The translations under genes were made by a program, and so were the position numbers. From an uncultured Actinomycetota bacterium (GTDB lineage Bacteria; Actinomycetota; Thermoleophilia; RBG-16-64-13): DNA of 64,000 nt. The notes under the pieces are model-generated. The model was not told the origin of the DNA, made no database searches, and saw nothing but the letters and a program-made list of their open reading frames with translations. The first letter of the stretch is position 1, and each line of letters starts with the position of its first letter. The stretch is taken from assembly GCA_963736705.1 (NCBI GenBank), contig CAVTPV010000001.1:485232-549231 (forward strand), written 5' to 3'. This document shows positions 58,253-64,000 of this stretch, piece by piece.

Positions 58253-58742
58253 GGGTTGCTCCTTCTGATCGAGATGCCTTGCTTACGAGCCGGTTCGGCA
58301 CCGGCTTCTTCGACCCATACCTCCGCGCCTCCGCCGGCCCATCCCCCGCTGCCGCTGAGCCGGATCGAGACCGGCCGGAGCGGCCCTTTCCGGCGCATTC
58401 CCGCCGGTCTCGAACGTCGAGGACGAACGTGAGAAGGCCATAGACCCCGGAGATCAGCCTTTCGACGGTCTCCAGAGGCCGACTGGTGGACGGTGGGGAA
58501 ACCCCCGGCCGCGCTGGGGGCGGCGCCTGTTCTCGGCCGGGGGTCAAGGAAGAGGGCCCATCCAAGACGATGCTGACGGACCGGATGGCGCCGGTCATGC
58601 AGATCGCGGCGCAGCGGCCACAGTCTATGCACAGCGCCTGGTCTATCACCGCCGAGTTGCCGTTGATCGAGATCGCCTGGCGCTCACATGCGTCGAGACA
58701 AAGACCGCAACCCGAGCAAAGAGTACTATCAACGTAAATCAT
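58221..58742 (-). CDS. 2x[4Fe-4S] ferredoxin-domain protein with a Gly/Arg-rich tail (3' end uncertain)
   Basis: MIYVDSTLCSGCGLCLDACE...CIDCGRCAAICMTGAI. All three frames stay open downstream. An alternative frame ends in a TGA overlapping the next ATG at 58249-58252, so a frame break is likely. Confidence 0.55.
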   Translation of the reverse strand: MIYVDSTLCSGCGLCLDACERQAISINGNSAVIDQALCIDCGRCAAICMTGAIRSVSIVLDGPSSLTPGREQAPPPARPGVSPPSTSRPLETVERLISGVYGLLTFVLDVRDRRECAGKGRSGRSRSGSAAAGDGPAEARRYGSKKPVPNRLVSKASRSEGATHEAGHHVHRS

Positions 58743-58748
58743 GTTCCC

Positions 58749-58836
58749 GCCATCTAAGTGCTAATCGCATCTATATGATGACGGCGCAAGCCCTGCTTGT
58801 CAATGGGTTGCCATCTAGATGCTGTTGGCATATAGT
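58749..58836. promoter_or_regulatory. divergent promoter region with three CATCTA-type sites
   Basis: Plus strand: TTGCCA (58808-58813), 17-nt spacer, TATAGT (58831-58836). The perfect palindrome CATCTAGATG (58812-58821) lies in the spacer. Minus strand: TTGACA (58798-58803). Related sites are GCCATCTAAGTGCT (58749-58762) and CATCTATATGATG (58868-58880). Confidence 0.45.
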
Positions 58837-58861
58837 CGGCGAAGGTCAAGGGAGGTTCAAC

Positions 58862-59613
58862 ATGATCGCTGAGGAGATCCGGAGAAGCCGTAGAGCGGGG
58901 CGGCAGCCGAACGCACCGTCGCCGACGTCCGCATCGGGCTGGGCTACACCGCCGTTATGCTGGACGACGGAGGCGTGGGAGTCGCCTACACCTTCCATGG
59001 AGATGCCAGAGGCGGCTGCTCGGTGTTCACCGGGAGCAGGCCGATCGCCGGACGGCCGGCGCAGGACGTGCTGCGGTATCTCGGCTCCGCGGACCGGATA
59101 GAGTGCGCCGTGGGCTTGGCCGTCGCCAACGCGCTCGCGAACCGGCCTTCGCCCGGACAGAGCGAGGGCGACATCCTCGACCTTCTGCCGGTGCGCGCCG
59201 AGGACCGGGTCGGCATGGTGGGCTTCTTCGGGCCTTTGGTCGCTCCGCTCGAGAGACGGGCCCGCGAGTTGCTCATCTTCGAGCGCGATCCGGGCCGTTC
59301 CCAGCGGACGCTGCCGGCCGAGGAAGCCCTGCGAACGCTGCCTCAGTGCGACGTCGCGGTGATCACGTCGACCGCGCTGATCCTGGGCGAACTGGACGGC
59401 CTGCTGGAAGCCACGCGAGATTGCCGCGAAGTGGCGCTCGTCGGCGCATCCACTCCGCTCATCCCGGATGTCTTCGCCCCGCTCGGGGTCACCCTGTTAT
59501 CGGGTATCACGGTGACGGACGGTCCCGGTATCCTTCAGATAGTGAGTGAAGGTGGCGGCATGGGATTCTTCGGTGGCCGGGTGCGCAAGGTCAATGTGAC
59601 GGTCGCCGGCTGA
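58862..59613 (+). pseudogene. DUF364/DUF4213 (putative metal-chelation Rossmann-like) protein, frame break near 58950
   Basis: GGGAGG then ATG 58862 (MIAEEIRRS...). The conserved ...VRIGLGYTAVMLDDGGVGVAYTF... continues in ORF 58957..59613. Confidence 0.65.
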
Positions 59614-59637
59614 GGCGGGAGGCTGCTGGACGCGGAT

Positions 59638-60787
59638 ATGACCGGGCTGATCGACATCGGGTCCACTACGGCGAGGCTGGTCCGTAACGGTCTTCGGTAC
59701 CGGTGGCTGCGCGTCACCGGCAGACCGGGCAGACCTCAAGCCATCAGCCTCGAGATCACCCACCGCTGCGTCTGCAAGTGCGTGATGTGCAATATCTGGC
59801 GCGTCCCCGATTCCGTCTCGGACCTTGATGGCGAAGCGTGGCTCCGGCTTCTGTCGAGTGACGCTCTGGGCGATCTGCGGGAGCTGGATATCACCGGGGG
59901 CGAACCGTTCCTGCGCGATGATCTTGCTCGCGCTCGTCCAGGGGGTCTGCGAACGGAAGCGGAGCCATCTGAAGCGGCTGCGCTCGATAGCCATCACCAC
60001 CAACGGGGTGCTCGCCGGCCACGTGGTCCAGACGGTCGAGCGGATGCTCCCCTTCATCAAAGAGGCGGGGCTGCAGCTGGTCGTGGTGTGCGCGCTCGAC
60101 GCGGTCGACGAGACGCATGACCGCATCCGCCGGTACCCCGGCGCCTGGGAGGCCGTCGACAGCTGCATCACCGGTCTGGTGGCGCTCCGGGCCGCGTCTC
60201 CCGAGTTGATCATCGGGGTGAAGACGACGGTCCTACCGGACAACGTCGGGCAACTCGACCGGATCTCCGCCTATGCGGCCGAGCGCGGTCTGTTCACCAT
60301 CATCTCGCCGGGCATCTTCACCGGCGGCCGCTACCTGAATCCCGAGAAGAAGGACCGCCTTTCGCTGGCGCCGCAAGACCGGGAGTCACTCGCCCGCTTC
60401 TACGAAGGCTCGGCGTTCAAGTGGAGCTACCACGCGGATGCGCTGGCCCGCTTCCTGCGGGGCGGCCGGATGAGCAAGCCCTGCACCTGCGGCTTCAACT
60501 ACTTCTTCGTCCGCAGCACGGGAGAGCTGCACCTGTGCCCGCTGGCGGGCGAGTCGGTCGGCAACATCGGCGAGACACCGGTCCGGGAGCTGCTGCGTTC
60601 GGCTCGCGCGCGCAGGGCACGGGCCCGCACCGGCGGGTGGCCGGAATGCCTGCACTGCACCGAGCCGGGACTGGAACGATACTCGCTGCCCTACGAGGGC
60701 TTCGCCTATCTGCGCGTGCTTCTCACCAAAGGGCCCCGGTCGTTCCTCGAACTCCACCGCCACCTCGGTCTGGACAAGTACGTGTAG
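59638..60787 (+). pseudogene. radical SAM protein with a Cys-rich C-terminal (SPASM-like) region, frame break near 59930
   Basis: LEITHRCVCKCVMCNIW (CX3CX2C), LDITGGEPFLRDD, then ORF 59825..60787 with ITTNG and C-terminal KPCTCGFNYFFV...LHLCP...CLHCTEPG. Confidence 0.75.
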
Positions 60788-60804
60788 CGGGGGCGCGCCC
60801 GCGC

Positions 60805-61974
60805 CTACATCCCCGGGATGCGCGGCACCTTGCCGAGCTTCCGCAGCCGGTAGTACGTACCCCAGCTCTTCTTGAGCCAGTGCCCGACGATGGGCATGGG
60901 GATGAACATGGCCCGCTTGTCGTTGCGATAGATGAAGCCGGCGCCGTTCCCCATGTCCATGACGCAGAGGATGCAGACCTCGTCCACATAGCTGCCCCGC
61001 TCGCCCCGCCCGGTGATCTTCCGTTCGATGTCTTCGGCCGCCGTGCGCGCCATGACCTCCGCGATGTGGCCCTGCTTGGCCTTCCAGTCGGGCCCTTCCA
61101 GCGCCGCCACGTCGCCGATGGCGTACAGCCAGGGATGCCCCTGCACCTCGCACGCGCCGTCGGTCTGCACGAACCCGGCCTCGTTGAGCGGCAGGTCTGA
61201 CGCTTTGATGACGCCGTGTCCGTCGCCGGCGGCGATGAACATGAACAGGTCGGCCTCGATCCTGGTGCCGTCCTCCAGGGTCACCGCGCCCTCTTCGAAC
61301 CCGGTGATCTTCTTGCCGGTGTACGAGCGGATCCCGAGGGACTTGAACATCTTGTCCATCATCTGCACGGCCTTCTCGCCCATGCGGATGCCCGGCTTGG
61401 GCATGGGAGCGAAGAAGACCAGATCGAACTTGTCGCGCAGTCCCAGCTTCTTGAGGCGATGGTGCACGTTGAGCAGGAACTCGAACGCCGGTCCGCCCCG
61501 CACTCCGCTGCTGTCGTTGGGATTGCCGCCGAACCCCACCGCGATGGTCCCCTTGCCTTTGGCGATCAAGGCGTCGAGACGCTCCTTCACGGTGACGCTC
61601 TCTTCCGGGGCGCCGCAGATGGAGAGCACGTGCTCTTTGCCCTTGTGCTGCATCTTGTGCGCACCGAGAGCCAGCACGAGATAGTCGAAGTCGGAGCGGA
61701 CGCCACCGGTCGCGAGGGTGAAGCTCTTCTCTGCGCCGCTCACCGCCACGACCTCGTCCACGGTGACGCTGAACCCGTGGGCCTTGGCGATCTCGTGAAG
61801 GCTGATCTTGACCCGGTCGAATGAGCGTTCGCTCGTGGGGATCCAGATGGCCAGCGGATAGACGAACAGGTAGTCGCGGTCGGACACCACCTCCACCTGG
61901 AGGCCCTTCTTGCGCAGTTCGATGGCGGCTTCCACTCCGCCGATACCGCCGCCCAGCACGATCGCCTTCTTCAT
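60805..61974 (-). CDS. NAD(P)/FAD-dependent oxidoreductase (SQR/NDH-2-like, lacks the KCxxAP cysteine)
   Basis: Met at 61974: MKKAIVLGGGIGGVEAA...YLVLALGA...LYAIGDVA. VRGGPAFEF sits where the SQR-like gene at 37920 has IKCPVAPLEF. 389 aa, uninterrupted. Confidence 0.8.
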   Translation of the reverse strand: MKKAIVLGGGIGGVEAAIELRKKGLQVEVVSDRDYLFVYPLAIWIPTSERSFDRVKISLHEIAKAHGFSVTVDEVVAVSGAEKSFTLATGGVRSDFDYLVLALGAHKMQHKGKEHVLSICGAPEESVTVKERLDALIAKGKGTIAVGFGGNPNDSSGVRGGPAFEFLLNVHHRLKKLGLRDKFDLVFFAPMPKPGIRMGEKAVQMMDKMFKSLGIRSYTGKKITGFEEGAVTLEDGTRIEADLFMFIAAGDGHGVIKASDLPLNEAGFVQTDGACEVQGHPWLYAIGDVAALEGPDWKAKQGHIAEVMARTAAEDIERKITGRGERGSYVDEVCILCVMDMGNGAGFIYRNDKRAMFIPMPIVGHWLKKSWGTYYRLRKLGKVPRIPGM

Positions 61975-61999
61975 GGCGCTGCTCTCCTTCAGCTCCCCA

Positions 62000-62040
62000 T
62001 TGCATTCTGCAAGGAGCCAAGTATAATGCACAATCGTGCA
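62000..62040 (+). promoter_or_regulatory. near-consensus sigma70-type promoter plus downstream dyad
   Basis: TTGCAT (62000-62005), 16-nt spacer, TATAAT (62022-62027). The dyad TGCACAATCGTGCA (62027-62040) covers the predicted transcription start. Confidence 0.55.
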
Positions 62041-62064
62041 AAACAACCAGTCCGGAGGGACGGT

Positions 62065-62802
62065 TTGGCCCGGCCAGCGAAATGGCGTTGTCTTGAGTGT
62101 CGTCCCGGTTCGAAGCTGTTCGGCCCGGTGGGAGTACCCGCCCGGCAACTCGAGAAGCTGAGGATCTCGTTCGACGAGCTCGAAGCGCTGCGCCTGCTCC
62201 ACATCGAAGGGGCCACGCAGGCGGAGGCCGGCCGGCGGCTGGGGGTGTCGGCGTCCACGGTCAGCCGGATGGCGGACCGGGCCCATCGCCTCATCACCGA
62301 GGCGCTGGTGGCCGACAAGGCCGTGTGTGTGGAGGGCGGACCGGTCACGGTCGTGCGCGTGAGCGGCAGCGGAAACCCCGGCGATCCGAACACGGGTTTG
62401 GAGTCGGGTGAAGATGAGAATGAGACCTCAGAGCAAGGAGACAGGATGATCGTCGCAGTCCCCTATCTACAGGGCCAGGTCAACGCCCACTTCGGCAGCA
62501 CGCAGAGCTTCATGGTGGCCGAAGGCGTCGACGGCAAGATCGAGAAGACCACCGTGTTCGAAGTGCAGGGCATGCAGCACAACCACTCCGGTATTGCCGG
62601 CTTCCTCAAGGAGCAGGGCGTCGAGGTCATCCTCGCCGGGGGCATGGGCGGCCCGATGCAGCAGGCCCTCAAGATGCAGGGCTTCGAACTCTACTGCGGC
62701 GTCCAGGGCCCGGCCATCGCGGCGGTGGAGGCGTTCCTCCGCGGCGAGATCGAGCAGTCCGAGAGCACCTGCGGCCACCATCACGGCGAACACGAACACT
62801 AG
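62065..62802 (+). CDS. DUF134 (UPF0251) DNA-binding domain continuous in frame with a NifB/NifX-family domain
   Basis: GGAGGGA then TTG 62065: (M)ARPAKWRCLECRPGSKLFGPVGVP...LRISFDELEALRLLHIEGATQAEAGRRLGVSASTVSRM. An acidic linker follows. An internal AAGGAG+ATG at 62446 starts MIVAVPYLQGQVNAHFG...VILAGGMGG, with a His-rich tail. No stop between the two domains. Confidence 0.7.
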   Translation: MARPAKWRCLECRPGSKLFGPVGVPARQLEKLRISFDELEALRLLHIEGATQAEAGRRLGVSASTVSRMADRAHRLITEALVADKAVCVEGGPVTVVRVSGSGNPGDPNTGLESGEDENETSEQGDRMIVAVPYLQGQVNAHFGSTQSFMVAEGVDGKIEKTTVFEVQGMQHNHSGIAGFLKEQGVEVILAGGMGGPMQQALKMQGFELYCGVQGPAIAAVEAFLRGEIEQSESTCGHHHGEHEH

Positions 62803-62816
62803 AAAGGGTAGCGGCA

Positions 62817-63218
62817 ATGGCAGACATGGAAGTCTTCTTTCCCGGCGGTAAGCGCGTGTACGCGAACTACGGCGGGTTCACCATCGAGACCGACCAGCCG
62901 GTGCGCGGCGGCGGCGAGGGGACGGCGCCGGCGCCGTTCGACCTGTTCCTGGCGTCCATCGGCACCTGCGCGGGCATCTACGCCCTGGGCTTCATGCAGC
63001 AGCGCGGCATCGACCCGGCGGGCTCCAAGCTCATCATGCGGCCACAGTACAACCCGGCGGTGGGCCTGATCGACAAGATCGATCTGGAGCTGATCACCCC
63101 TCCCGGCTTCCCGGAGAAGTACCGCGACGCCATCATCAACTCCATGGAACTCTGCGCGGTCAAGAAGCACCTGGCGCAGCCGCCCGCGTTCTCGGTCACG
63201 ACGGTCGCCGGCTCGTAG
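62817..63218 (+). CDS. OsmC-family peroxiredoxin-like protein
   Basis: 133 aa. GGGEGTAPAPFDLFLASIGTCAGIYALGF...SMELCAVKKHL carries the two OsmC-type Cys. Confidence 0.85.
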   Translation: MADMEVFFPGGKRVYANYGGFTIETDQPVRGGGEGTAPAPFDLFLASIGTCAGIYALGFMQQRGIDPAGSKLIMRPQYNPAVGLIDKIDLELITPPGFPEKYRDAIINSMELCAVKKHLAQPPAFSVTTVAGS

Positions 63219-63306
63219 CCGGCGAAGCAGTCCATCCTGGAATCGTCTATCCTGTGGGTCAAGTAGCTCAGCCCACGGCCGCACCGCCCCCACAGAAGGA
63301 GAGAAC

Positions 63307-63915
63307 ATGGGTCCCAGACTCCGCCCGACAGCCGCCACGGCGACTCGCCGGTCCGCCCTGCTGGCGATCGCACTGCTAGCGATTCTGCTTGTCACCGCCG
63401 GCCTGCTTCTTGCGGCGTGCGGCGGTTCGGATGATTCCACTGCCACCACGGCGGCCGGCGGCAGCGCCACCACCGCGGCGGCCACTCCCACCTCGGAAGC
63501 GGCGGCAGCCCTGGGCGCCAACGAACTGGGCGATCAGATCGGCGCGGTGTACGTAGGCTCCATCGAAGCCGTGGCCGTCCTTCTCAAGGACAAACCGGAA
63601 GCGGCGACCGTGAAAGCGCAGGTCGAGGACCTCAAGGCATCCACCATCACCAAGCTGGTGGAACTTGGCAAGGCGCGCGAAGCCATGAGCACGTCAGACC
63701 GGGCGAAGGTGGACTTCCAGATCAACGCCGCTCTCACGGCGGCCGGGTCCAAGGACTGGTACACCACGTACAACGATGTCTGGAAGCACTACTCCGCGGC
63801 CGACACCGAGTTCGGCAACCTGATCGCAGCCTTCAACATCATCGGGCAGTACGCCAACTTCGACCTGCTCAAGCAGCAGTTGCCGGAGGAAGCTACGCGC
63901 CTCGGCATCAAGTAG
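63307..63915 (+). CDS. lipoprotein, hypothetical (helical)
   Basis: Signal peptide plus lipobox LLLAACGGS; 202 aa; no family recognised. Confidence 0.55.
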   Translation: MGPRLRPTAATATRRSALLAIALLAILLVTAGLLLAACGGSDDSTATTAAGGSATTAAATPTSEAAAALGANELGDQIGAVYVGSIEAVAVLLKDKPEAATVKAQVEDLKASTITKLVELGKAREAMSTSDRAKVDFQINAALTAAGSKDWYTTYNDVWKHYSAADTEFGNLIAAFNIIGQYANFDLLKQQLPEEATRLGIK

Positions 63916-63959
63916 TAGGCTGGCCCGGGCTTCGGGCCCGGCCAAACGCGCGCACAGAA

Positions 63960-63988
63960 CCCGTCGGAGGTGACTCCGGCGGGTTTTT
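63960..63988 (+). terminator. rho-independent terminator
   Basis: CCCGTCGGA-GGTGAC-TCCGGCGGG (one mismatch) followed by TTTTT. Confidence 0.65.
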
Positions 63989-64000
63989 CGTGCTACTGCG

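Noticed and set aside
53303-60787. Cys-repeat protein as a RiPP precursor for the radical SAM/SPASM-like enzyme
   Set aside because: The two genes are 6 kb apart in different operons and orientations. The repeat protein has a classical secretion signal and sits in the TCS operon. There is no peptidase, transporter or RiPP-recognition gene next to either.
53916-62802. Nitrogen-fixation (nif) cluster
   Set aside because: Only NifX/NifB-fold and NifU-like domains are present. There is no nifH, nifD, nifK, nifE or nifN, and no NifB radical SAM core.
1-64000. Mobile element, prophage or defence island
   Set aside because: I recognised no integrase, transposase, recombinase, toxin-antitoxin, restriction-modification, Cas or phage structural genes, and no flanking direct repeats or tRNA.

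Overview
This is a 64-kb, very GC-rich bacterial chromosomal fragment with an anaerobe-type gene content. Lipoprotein and TAT signals look Actinomycetota- or Chloroflexota-like, but the taxon cannot be fixed from this window. I saw no rRNA, tRNA, CRISPR array, transposase, integrase or phage genes.

Layout:
- 0-3 kb: housekeeping genes (NUDIX hydrolase, YchF-like NTPase, a lipoprotein).
- 3-31 kb: a catabolic island that looks aimed at phenolic/aromatic compounds. It holds a cytoplasmic reductive-dehalogenase-family protein coupled to an Amidohydro_2 enzyme, two orphan solute-binding proteins around a TetR, and two cyclase-family enzymes. It also holds an AbfD/HpaB-like Fe-S dehydratase, a glycyl-radical enzyme with its activase, an FAD/FeS/FAD oxidoreductase trio, a Zn-ADH, LysR, a DAPG/phloretin-hydrolase-like protein, an EthD protein and a MerR-TetR hybrid regulator.
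- 31-37.6 kb: two EamA transporters, an MFS transporter and a large M6 (InhA-like) protease.
- 37.9-50.6 kb: a sulfur-relay set (SQR-like, DUF1641, TusE/DsrC-like, two DsrE-like, ArsR, TusA) colinear with an MvhD/HdrA/HdrA/QmoC-like flavo-FeS membrane complex and a NapH-like polyferredoxin. This is the most unusual block.
- 50.6-53.8 kb: an OmpR/HK two-component system with a secreted Cys-repeat protein.
- 53.9-63.2 kb: a tightly overlapped Fe-S/NifX-like/MinD-like/Mrp/NifU/PadR operon, a divergent DUF364 + radical-SAM pair, an SQR/NDH-2-like flavoprotein, and DUF134-NifX-like and OsmC genes.

Major caveat: many genes are frame-broken as sequenced. The breaks are strongly concentrated at about 41.9-48.3 kb. 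Composite spans are given for such genes, typed pseudogene meaning interrupted as sequenced. Breakpoints are approximate (+/- about 30 nt). All family calls rest on motif recognition by eye, not on database searches.
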